In this document: piece by piece, positions 23,960 to 35,695 of the stretch | Numbering within the stretch: the first letter of the stretch is position 1 | Layout of the letters: each line of letters begins with the position of its first letter | NCBI GenBank assembly: GCA_973851085.1 | Contig: OZ316776.1 | Location: 7,626,001 to 7,690,000, forward strand | Direction of reading: 5' to 3' | Length of the DNA stretch: 64,000 bases | Source of the DNA: Ptychomitrium polyphyllum | Taxonomy: Eukaryota | The notes under the pieces: model-generated | Seen by the model: only the letters and a program-made list of their open reading frames with translations | Told to the model about the DNA's origin: nothing | Databases searched by the model: none | Position numbers and translations under genes: made by a program

Positions 23960-25400
23960 TAGCTTGGTTTCTTGGAATCAAAGCATAAGGTGTTTCTTGG
24001 TCACAGCGGTGTTCAGGAATTTGTGCAGCAATTATACAATGTGATTTGGAACGATGTGGCATATATGCATTTCTTTGACAAACGACAAAGTAGTCTACCA
24101 GTTGGGGAGGAGTTTCCAAACTCATCTTTGATACTATATGCCAGTGTCAAGTTGGAGTATTGGTATTTTTTAAAGAATTCTTTACAAAGCCTAAGTGGCC
24201 ACTGACCATTGTTGGAGTTAGTAGCTGTCCTTAAGGAAGTTAAAAAGCGTAATGCAAGTATAAAAATGAATCCTCTATTTTGTTGCATTTCAATAAAAGT
24301 TTGGTTGATCAGTGGGAAAAGTGATATCATTGTAGGAAGAATGGATAAATGGAGATAAATAAATTAGAGGAATAGAAGAAAGTGTTAGAAGTTTTGAAGC
24401 CAATAAAAAATCTGAAACTTATTTAAAGCATGAGTGCATTGATTTAATAAAGAATAATTGTAAAAGTTCTTCAACAATTGGAACAACAATTGGAATTTCT
24501 AGAAACTAAATGGAATGAATTTCATATTCAAAGGAAGATATATATGTGTCACATAGGAAATGCAACAATGTATGTCAAAATATAAGATTTGTTTTACTTT
24601 TTAGATTGATCCTACAAAATATTAAAAATTTCTAAATTAAAATTTTGATTTTCTATCCTTAGATGCTAAATTATATTTTTTAATTAAAATATGTGTTCTT
24701 TAATGTTAAATTTTACATCTTATATTTTGTTTCATAGGACATAATTGAAAAACTCCATCTACAAGAAAAATACAATGGTTCAAGTAATGGATGGTATTGA
24801 TAATAATACAACCTTGAGGTCATTAAGCAAGCAAAACAAAGATTTTCTTTACAAGCTAAATGGAATGAAGGAAGCATTGTATTAACAACACTATATCCTT
24901 TGAAACAAATTAGGCATCTAAAGCAACATATAAATAATTGAAATTGTGTAGGAATATCAATATTGAAAGGAAATGTTAATTTTTCAAAGATAAAGGCAAG
25001 AATTATCATTGCAGACTAATAGCACTTTAAGTTCTTTGTAAGCAATCGGAATAATATTTTCTATGCTTCACCTAAAGAATACAACCTATTTTTTTTATTT
25101 TTAGAACAAATTATGATTAAAGAAGCCAAGATGTTGTTTCACAATGTTGCTTTGTATTCACCATAATGCAACAAGTATCTGAGAAAGTGCACAATAAGTG
25201 AAACATGTTTGAATGGCTAAGCATGGTGCACAAATTGCATGTGAATGAAATAATGAACTAGGGAATTGATTAGGCTTTTCTTGAAGTCATTAGTTGTTTT
25301 TATTGATAGATGGACATTGTAGGATTTAAAGGTTTATGAAAAAGATAAATCTTAATTTAGATTGTACTAGAGGATATTATAGAAGAGTCTTCTAATGTTA
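23960..25400 (+). pseudogene. Decayed TIR-NB-ARC (TNL-like) pseudogene
   Basis: KHKVFLGHSGVQ-FV.QL...FFDKRQSSLPVGEEFP, then (frameshifted) LIFDTICQCQVGVLVFFKEFFTKPKWP..LELVAV forms a TIR domain. Later AKWNEGSIVLTT and KEAKMLF resemble RNBS-B and RNBS-C. Multiple stops and frameshifts. Confidence 0.72.
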
Positions 25401-26118
25401 AATTTGGCAATGGTGACCTATTGGGAAATACTAATCCTGCCCTAGTATTTATTCTGAGAGCAAATTTCTGATTCATACTCTGAAAATGTTATCAATGATG
25501 ACACTATCATACTCTGGAAATGTTGTCAATGATGAAACTAGGCTCTTTGATTTCTGATAGTTTCCATTTCTCCCATGCTAGTAAGGAGTACAGACGGGCT
25601 TGAAACACATGCCTTCACATATGCTGGGATTGCAGATCATCAGTCTATCCTCTATCCTGTGAAGTGCAAGCAGGTTCACATCGGGCATGAGCGATGGAGT
25701 CATACTAGTAGCAGAGCATGCACAGGAACACTCAGCGTGCAGACTCACACTGTTGTGAACCCACACACGTGTAATTTAATGTTGCTCCACAAGGTAACTA
25801 CTTTGCCATTATATTGCCCCCTTGTTTTCAGTCCACGAACAAAGTTTTTTCAGTGTTCCAAATTCTTCCACAAGCACAGTGACCTGCAGATAATGTGGCC
25901 ATTCTAGTCAACATGACTCTACACTATACGGCCCTCATCAACTGACATGTGAGCTAGATGCCACTCTCTGGCAACCAGGTCCCCTATTCCTTATTTCTGT
26001 GTAGGACCTGTATGTACAAGATAACCTGATAACGTTAGTAGGTTGTGATTAGTGAACGTTCATGAAAGCAAGTGCAGTTCAGATAACATTTTGGCTGCCA
26101 AGAGCATGAAGGGGCTAG

Positions 26119-29100
26119 CTAGATGGAAATGCTGTTCGGAATGCCCTTGTTGGTCAATCCACCACCTGACTTCGGTTGCAGAAGCTCATATGCCACCTTC
26201 GTCGGACCATTTCGATGCTTCAGCGACGAATCCGCATTCCTTGACTTGATGAGCGAGTCAATCTCGTCGATTTTCTTCCCAAATTTTGCAAACGCTGCCA
26301 ACACCTGGTAGTTTACAAATCCAAGTTATTCACGGAGTTAGGTGAACTAGGGCCAATTCAAGGGCTTCTGCCTTAACCGTGTTGACAGAAAATAACCAAC
26401 GGAGATCTACAAGCTCACATCGGGAGGATGGAAGTGAGAAACCTTTGCGTTGTCGGTCCAATTCTCGGCACGTTGGCCGAGATACTCCTCGTTGAGGGCG
26501 TGAGTGGACAGAACCTCAATCGTGGTCATGTTAATCCGAGATTGAATTGCATTGGACAGCATAGAGAGGAGAAACGTTTCCGGTTCTCGTTGCATCTTCT
26601 CCCACTCCGCAGTGTTCTCCTCTGGGATGAGCTTGCGGGTCATGGAGGGGTGGTTCGGCATGAATCCAGCATAGAGGTACTGGCCGAAGTTCACAGCAGC
26701 GTGATGGCACGAGGCCACCCAGGCGATGGTTGTCACGATTTGGACCAGATTGTTTTTCGAGTCCGCCATGATCCACCCCTCGGTGATGTCTGCATGGCCC
26801 TTCGTTCGCGCTTCAGTCCACCAGCTTTGCAGCTCAACGTCGCCTTGCACCGCCTTGTCGTCAGCATAGAAGATGTCGATGTGCTCCTTCACCCATGTCC
26901 GGATCACTGCCCAGATATCAAGCCCATCTTTCGCATATGGGTAATCCTCAATCACGAGCTTCAAACCAGATGGAGCTTTAGGATCTGGTATCGCCATTCC
27001 TCTGCTCACAGAGCGTTTTATCAGTCATTGAAACCCTACACCCTAGCACTAATATGGTGGCATTGTTCATAAGAAGCTTGAAATCTTCTTTGAAGGATTT
27101 TAAGTCAATTCGTTGTTCACCTCTTGATTAAGTCATTCGGCAGAGCTTGGTCGACGAAGCGCCAACCTCCGTACACCTTTGATGAAATTTCGAGGGTGTA
27201 CTTCTGTGGAGTGAAGGTTTGTTCCACAATCCCGCCCGCGTTGATTAGTGCCTTTCGGGCAGACTGGTTGATGTCCATTGTATTCTTGTAATGGGAGACG
27301 AGCGCTTTGTGCACGGGGTGCATGACGCTCAGTTGCCTGTTGGTTGCGATGATGAGGGGCTCGATGACGGCGTGCGTCCTCAGCCTGCGTCACAATTTGA
27401 AGTACAATATTAGCTCCAACGTGAGTACAATAGGATTTGGAGAACTCTGTGTGCAGAGTGTTTGAGTCGTGCATTGAGCTTAGAATTCTGATCCGACGTG
27501 CAGGTATACCAGTGGCTGATGATTTGGTGCCAGGAAGCATCGTTGCACTGGACATGGGCTTTTGCAAGCTCCCACGCCCAATTCTTGGCTGCGTCCTTCT
27601 CAGAGGGGCGGAACACCCGGAGCTTCGGTCTGTCTCCATTCTTGGCTCCTGGAAGAGCCAACTCGATGCAAACGGGTTTCAAGGTGCTGTCCTTGGAGAG
27701 GAAGAAGAGTGTCCACGTTGCATACGCTTGACTGGATTTCAGCTCGTTTATGCGCTTGATGTAGCCGAGGAACCGCTCGTGGTAGTCCAACACAAAGAGC
27801 TTCTTCTTCGACAAGGCCTGAGGTAAGTAACACCACAAATTATTACAAAGTTGCACCATAATCTGCTTAGAATCCAGTCACATAAGTTTCACAGTATATC
27901 ATGTTCTAGAATCGGGAGTCACCTCGGAAACGCTGAGGCCTTCAAGTTGAGGCTCTATCATTTCTGCAGTAACGGCAGAAGGTCTCTTGAGTGGAAACTC
28001 CTGTTTAGCAAAATACTTCGTCAGTCTTCAAAGCCCATCTGGTTTGATCACTTGTACAGTTGGACAAATAAATTTCATGAAAAATGAAACTGTAAGTTAA
28101 GGATTAATTGCAAGCTGGAAACAAAAGTGAAATATTTAAGTTCTGAATGTACCTTGAGAGCTTCAATGATCAAGGGATTCATGCCAGCCAGCACTTGACG
28201 AGCAAACTCAACGTCTTTGGACCAGGCATCCTTATCAGCTGTTCCCCACAGGTAATCAAATTATTATTTCGGGTGGTGCCGTTAATTTTGAATTGCGGAA
28301 TGAGTTACAATTGAGTGGATCAATTCCAGTGCTGATAGAATCTAGTTATTAGATGACAAATGGTATATGTGATATGCATAACCAAACGCATTCACTGAAA
28401 GTGGATGTTAAAGCTAGAAGCTCAGAGTTACCGTGAATGATTCTTGGCATTGGGTATAGAAGCGAATCCTTTTTGCTGTCTCCAGATGCTTTTACAAATT
28501 GGCGAATGAGGTCGAATGGCTGCTGTTGGTTATCGACAATAGTCTCGACCACCGATTCCGCTCCAATCGGCACATACAGCGCTCTCACCTCTTCAAAGTC
28601 ATGGAAATCCAATCCATCGTCAAACAAGCTGGAGACGATGCTGTGCTTCTTTGCCTTGAAATTATTGCTGATGAATCCCGACCTCTTTACTTCATCAAAT
28701 CTTTCGTCTCTTGGGATGTACAGGTTTGCTAAAGAACCACTTATTCTGGTCTCTGTCTTTCCATCTGGCCACATAATAACAGAAAAGGTACTGATACGTA
28801 AAAGTCAAATACATGAACAATTTCTCCCTTCCATGAAACCAATATTGTTGGAGCTCTAGGATCTGGAACAAATAAAATGAAATGTTCTCTTTGGTACCTG
28901 GGTTCAGGGCTCTGCCAGTCCGGCAGCGTCGTGGATATGGATATTCTGCAGATCCGCCAAGAGTTGGTCTGGGATCGTCAGGCTTGCCTAAGTCATTGTA
29001 AACATCATAGTCATATACTCTCTCACCTTCTTGCCTTTCTCCCGTTCCATCCCCTTGAATTTCCTTAAGCTCATTTTCCCTCAGTTTCAACAAACCGGGG

Positions 29101-30247
29101 GGAGTGGCAGAAGGGGTGTATTCCTGAAATAATCACCAGAGCATAATTTGCTGAAAAAACTAATGATCTCTAATGATAAGTTTTAACAAACTTTGAGGTA
29201 GAAAAGAGCTTGTGAGTTAGTTAATAGAGTGAATGAACCAGTTTCAGAGAGGGCTGTTAGCACTTTAACATCCTGTATGGATCAGTTTATAAACCCCCTT
29301 CTGGATATAGCAGTAGATCATGTTGTAACTGAGATTAGAAGATCAAGCAGTAAGACAAAAATGTCCAGAATGATGTTATAGATTACGATATCACCTTGTT
29401 TGCAAAGAACACCCGATCACCCGGGCTATCCTTGCTCATTTCTGATGCGTACACCCATGAATTGCAGAGGAATCTTATGACGTTTTGGTTGTCAGGCATG
29501 GTGACCTGAGCTTTCACAAGCTTAAACTCGGTGGTCATGGTGATTTTGCTGAGGACGAGTACAAGGCTCTTGTGTCCGTTGTTCACAAGTATCGCCCCAG
29601 GAACTCCAAAGTTTTTGGACACGAAAAAATCCATTTTGAAATCAAAAAGTGCAGGTAGCAGAAGGTCCCTGGCTCTAGCCCAGTGCTCAAACGTCACTTT
29701 TCCACTCAGTTTCCCCAATCCAGTATCTGCAAAATCTTAGAAAGGGTCCTCAGATGTTTTTCAAGCAATCCTTTCAAAACCGAAAAACCTTATTCAAAAT
29801 TGATTTTTTAATATACTTTAGCCTTGGTTAGGGAACCCAGAACTTACTAGGGTCGAGCTCATTGCTAACAAGTTGCAAGGTGACATGGTTATTTATGAGC
29901 TCCTGCTGTAATTCAAGGATGTCAGCGACAGGGTTGGCCAGATCAATGCCACCAATATACTGCCTCTCTATAGTCACTGAAGCTTTGAGACATATAAGGC
30001 TGGGGTCTTTAGCCAACTCTTGCTTGGCTCCCAACATATTGTTTTCTTCGACTAAGTTTGTTAGCACCGTGTTTGCTTGCGAGACTGACTTCACCACCAT
30101 TTGGACTGTCTCCTGGATTGGGTCTGGAACTGGGTCCGGTTTTGGCTTGGCGGTGGTCACCTCGCCACCTGAGAAGAGCATGTAAAGCTCTCTCGGAGAT
30201 TTTAGGAAGAAATCTTCCTTCGTGGAAGGGTCTGTGGTGAGAGCCAT
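26119..30247 (-). CDS. LOX: Lipoxygenase, ~923 aa; exons 30247-29848, 29726-29395, 29123-28898, 28764-28432, 28238-28153, 28000-27923, 27817-27510, 27384-27121, 27001-26443, 26304-26119
   Basis: PLAT domain ([17 protein letters not shown]), [55 protein letters not shown] and C-terminal PNSISI. All intron phases are consistent (2772 nt). Confidence 0.97.
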
Positions 30248-33200
30248 CTTGAACCTGCTTCTTGGTGAGTCTTTTGGTAAGGATGTACACGTTTGTCGAT
30301 CCTTAATTGTGCGAGTGACTTTGTTACCGTTTGCTGACTAGTACTAACAGTTGATGAACCTGCAAAATTGGGTTAAATTGAGTAAATGAACTACAACTCT
30401 TTAGATACTACACTCTGTAGGAACAGTAGCAGAATCTCAAAATTCATCGTCAATTGATTGATACACTCTTTGCACAAAGAAAGTTCTTAGAAAAGAGTAG
30501 AAAATTGGTTTGTAAGAAAATTATTGTGATGGATCCCCAATGACAAAATAGTGAGATTTTCAGAAAGTGAAACTAGTACAAGAAAATGAAGTAATTGTCT
30601 CGTTTTATAAGTCTCACTGGTATCATACCTCAAATGTCCAATCGACGTTGTGTTGTGAGCTCTCTTGGTCTCTCGAGGGATCTAATCTGAATGATCTGAA
30701 TGATGTGCAAGCTGTTACTTAACAACCGCTACCAACTTCGTTATGGCCCCCATTTAATACTTTCTCAGTTAAGCTACTACGACATGGCCTAAGGGGCGCC
30801 CACATGAGACTCATGTCTGCATTCTCACCCAGACAACATCATAGCTTTCCTATTCCTCTGAACCTTCCAAAGATTTCTATCGACGTGTAAGCTGCCATGC
30901 CCACTACAAGGAATTCGGGGAGCTCACTATGTCCTCTTTATAGTCAATATCTATGTTATTCAGGTAAGGCACATGTGATACCCAACTGATACTCAGGCGA
31001 TAGCTGTTATAATGGTCAAGATGAATACATTCGTACGTTGTAAGTGATCTCCTGCTACTGTTGCGTGTTCTGCTGCTGCCATGCAGCGCTCACTGATGGT
31101 TCGAAAGAGTTGTGTAGAGCGATGCACTAGGACCGTGCTACTATTAGCAATTTAGCATGGTTTGTTCAAGATTTTCAGGAGCAGACTGCCATCACGTACC
31201 TGAAACGTTCGTCACCCCGGAGTCACATATCATAACATTAAAGTTTGTACATGTTAGCGTTTTCAAATTTTTGTTGGATTATGCCAGTATTTAGCTTCAT
31301 ACATGAGGATTACTCCTTCTGGATTGGGTATTCTACTGTTTATGGAGAATTGTGTCATTTTCAAAGCGCGTTGCACTGGAAGGTATTGGTGCACAAGAAC
31401 TTAAAGGGTCAAGTTATTAGGTCAACAGCACAAGTTCAATATGACAGTCCCTTAAAAGTTTCGCAAGTTCGTTACTTCAAGGTGGTTACTTAGAAATATG
31501 CATATTGTTTCTACTTTGATTTTTGGTTACGTAACGCAGACAATGTGTAATGTAACCAAGTTGCCTGACTTGTGGTTGCAACTACCTTACAATACTTTCC
31601 TTGTCATGAGTATTCAACATTGGAATGGCAGGTTTCATGCTTGATCTAGCTCCGGATCTAACTTAGCTCTCCATTCCATCTAAAATTCTAGGATACTGCT
31701 GCAGGGTTCGATTGTGAGTAGTTTGAAGCGTCACAAAACACAGTCGCTAGATAGGCAGGCTGTTACAACCAATTCTTGTTGGAAGTACTTTGGCTTACTT
31801 TCCAAAGTGAAGACTTGCATAAATCTCATCCCCACAATAGTGTTTAGTTTTCATACAAATGCAGTCCACTACAAAACTTAATACGTCACTAAAATTTTGA
31901 AGAAAACTTCGTATTGGTACAGTGTTTACCGTATCCCCAATTAGTATGATTACTGGCACTAATTTTGGTTTGAAAGGTCAAGTTGGAATGAGAATACATG
32001 AATAAAACGTTTTACTGAATTGACGTTTTATTTACATATCTACGATTTTGATCCTGTTTTAGATGAATGAAACACCATAAGAGTGATGCATCGATTGATC
32101 TACCAGTTTTATCGTGAGTCCTTCGGTTGGGTTTCGGTTATTAACTGTGGATGGAATGTTCACCTGTATAATCAGAAGAATACCATGACGTGGGGACATG
32201 CGGCAGATACAGAGAACTTTCATTCTGAATAGAAGAAATTCTGTATTCTTCACGTGCACCCTTTGCAATAGCAGTTTCTAACAGCCCGTGTTCTAGGCCG
32301 GATTTAAACATGCCAGGGCGAACTGCAAAACTAGCCATGAATGGCACAACTTCGGAGTTGACCAATTTTCCATTTGACGCCTTCAGCGACCTTCATACAG
32401 CAAAATACTTTATCTGCTCGTCGTTGAAGGCTTATAGTTAATAAGAGGCTCAGAGTTGGACACCTACAACCTGACATCATGAGCCATGGCCAACTCTGAT
32501 GTTGCTTGTCCTTATCTGGACTCAACTTGGAAGGTGGCGAAGACCCATCACTACACACTGGACTATTTTCTGACTTACGCCTATCATATCAAGTAGTTCA
32601 GCCAAATCCAAACTCATAAAATGCAGCTTAATATCTGAGCTGGGCCTCAAAGAGATGGTACATGCACTTCACTACCTACTAACGAACTACAAGCTGTCTG
32701 CAACTCCGTAGTAATAGTTGTGCAAACTTAGGATTCTGGAGTCGTAACACCAACTACAGCTGTATAAAAGGAAAACATATACATTCGTGACATCTTTGGT
32801 AGTTTACAACTATGCCGGGCGAATAACATGCATGTAGTCCAGCAATGGTGGCCTAGATCACACAACATCGGTGATGGCCTTGATCACATAGTTTTCTCTA
32901 TAATTGTAGGTATCATAACTCTTTTTAATTTTCCACCACAGAATCGAGATTGCCTTTGTGAATCTTAACACAGAGTCAAGTTGCCACACAGTGAAGTTTG
33001 TAATACTCTTTCAAGGTTTTGATGAGCGCAGCAGCATATGCAAATTTTGCCTCTTATATACAGACATGAATGAATTATGTACAGTTTTGTCTGCAAGGAA
33101 CACCGCCTCCAAGACAAGACTCTGATTATTTCTCTGCTAGCCCAAGCTGGTGACTAATCATATTCCAACTCAGATCATCACTACCCTTCCACCAAACCTT

Positions 33201-33458
33201 GCGGTTATTAGAAACCATCGCTTCCACAACTCAGCTGCTGCTCCCTGGTGGCTAAACTAAGACTAAAAATCAACAGCTCATGTGCAGGAATTTGAGAATT
33301 ACACCTAGAGTTCCTATTTGATTTGGAACCCCTGCTGCTGTACAGCATAAAAATAATTGTAGGAACAATTCAAATATTCTGTAGGCATCATACATTACAG
33401 CCCGTAAATGTATAATTCTATTGGGAGTCAAAGTATTTAACAAAAAATGAGACCTCTT

Positions 33459-35695
33459 TCAGTAACCCAAAACACTGTTTGGAATATTGAGCAAAGCTTG
33501 AACATCTTCCTTCTCGCCTGAAAATTTTCGTGCAAACAAAAAGCAAGGTGAGTGGGGTCGTCCGTTGTACACACAATCTCTCCATATGGTATGGTTCCAA
33601 TCATCTGAAGAGTCCCAGTATTGCCCATCTAGATTCTCTGTCCTGTTCTGTATTTTGGTAAACAAAGTGGAATTTATCAGCTCGGCAGTATGCATTCGTG
33701 GAGATCCAGTATGCGGGTAGTGCCAATCCGCATAAGTGACTGACCGGTTGGCTGTCCCCTGCAGCCACCAGAATTTAGTCAATGCAAAGAGCCTAATAAC
33801 AACAAGGACATAATCAAGGCGTTATTTACCAGATTAGCACTATGAGTAGATCAAGTTCCGAAGTGGTCTAACAGACAATCCTTCAACAAGCAGTCTAATT
33901 AGTGCTTGGATAAATCGTAATCAGTGGAAACAAGAAACCAACAGATTTGTGAATGACTCATAATTTAAAGCTTTAATGATCAGGAGCAGGGGAAAAATGA
34001 TTGTGAGTACTGACGTGCAAAGCTTCTTTGAACAGGCAGCGGAAAACTTAGTCAAAAGGTTTCTATGACTGAAAGAAAAGCGACGAAAAGCGAGGAGCCC
34101 ATGATTATAGAGCAACTTCTTCTTGACGGCACGGCATCCGCCACTAGTGGTATGATCGAGAAGGGACTAGCCTCTTCGTGAGCAGGATCAACTGTATGTG
34201 AAACAATTTGCGTGACCAGGAACATCAATATCCAGATTAAGGATTCAAAAGGCTTATAAAGGGTGAGATGAAGCATGCTCCCTCTAAAATGACACTTTAA
34301 TACCTCAGACAGATCTAGTGAACTTTAAGAGTGGGCAGAATGACCGTTTCGTTCAGTCATCCATTCAGCTTTCTGAGGTCATCGTTTCTTGGAAGCGTCT
34401 TCTCATAGCATCATGTGTACACTTGTGGTGTAGAAATGACGGACTTAGAATTGATACTTCACCGAATACTGGGATTGCGTCGGTTCTTACCTGCGGATCC
34501 TTGATATGAAGAAGAGTTTGTGTGTACATCTCATCCTTAACGCATTCATGATGACAGTCTAGCTTAAACTTCCGGTAGAACGTCACATCGCCAACCACCA
34601 TTCCTGCATGGCGACGATGCATTGACATCCATAGCTCACCCTTCCGCAAGTCCTCCGTCTTGACTACAGGTTCCCATTTCTCCCATTTCTTAAACCTACA
34701 TTCAAAGTATTAACTTTTAGCTCACACTCAAGAAATATTATCAAACTCTGTCGCCAAAAATCTTCCCCTGCAGGCAAAATCGCTCAAATTGAAGTATTGA
34801 TGCAAAAAAAATTCAGATAGAAGATTATTGTTTACCTCTCCTGAGGAGAAAATCCTTCTACAAAGCTGGTGGTAGAGTTCATGAGATAACTGTAAACATA
34901 AGGAAGGCTTCGAACTGGAATACACGTCTCAGACAACAGCACAAACCACATGTTGGCTTTAGCAGTATCCAACAAAGCAAACGAGAGCAATCTTCGAAAT
35001 ACATCCACCAAGGTGATCGTGAACCTCCATGTTTCTTTGGAAGGAATGGATCTGTTATAAAAAACAGACGTATTGGAATACTCTTCAGCTACCGAGGACC
35101 CATTATGTGTATAAATCGAGTAAGACTCCTCATCTGCTCCTGCAAAAAAACGCTCCCACAGAGCCTCGTGTACGACCTTCTCCCTCAGAATGAACAAAAA
35201 TGCAACCTTAGGTTTGCCAGGGGGTAAGGGCTGAGTGGCAGTCTCTTGGGCAGCATGCAGGAGCTCAGAGTCCTCCACCGAAGTATGGAAAAACTTGGAT
35301 ATATTGCCCAAGTCATGGCTGCTGCTTCCAGGTTTAACGTAGTCCTTACAAGGGAGATAGGAATTGGGAAGAATGGAAGGCGGTAATCTCGTGGTGTTTG
35401 GGTCTGCTGGGTTACTACAACCTTTGGTACAGACCTCAACTGTGGGTGCTGCACTGGAGTTCTTGAAGGATCCTATTCTGAAGTCCGCAGGTATAAGATT
35501 TGGTTGTGAATCCAGCAAGAACTTGAAGAGAACGACTGAGCCTAGCAGAAGGGCACCGATGGCTACACGGACTAGCCACACGTCCAGAACTTGGGTCTTC
35601 AAAGTTGAACCCATTGATCTTGGAGACGAGGTGGTGGAGATCAAACTCGTGTCCCTAGAAAAAGACTTCATAGTGCACAGAGACTTCAAATTCAT
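33459..35695 (-). CDS. GT14-like / DUF266 (core-2/I-branching, BC10-like) glycosyltransferase, ~454 aa; exons 35695-34836, 34695-34491, 33758-33459
   Basis: N-terminal TM anchor; motifs KVAFLF, LWERFF, RRLLSFALLD, FVLLSETCIP, RKGELW, DEMYTQTLL, ANRSVTYADW and CFLFARKF. Confidence 0.93.

Noticed and set aside
25474..25540. 34-bp direct duplication containing ATGATGA (and a 23-bp duplication near 50430-50476)
   Set aside because: Simple local slippage duplications with no further structure.
26428..27826. Long plus-strand ORFs opposite LOX (likewise those opposite the NPF, HAD and TIC110 exons)
   Set aside because: Antisense shadows of GC-rich coding exons.
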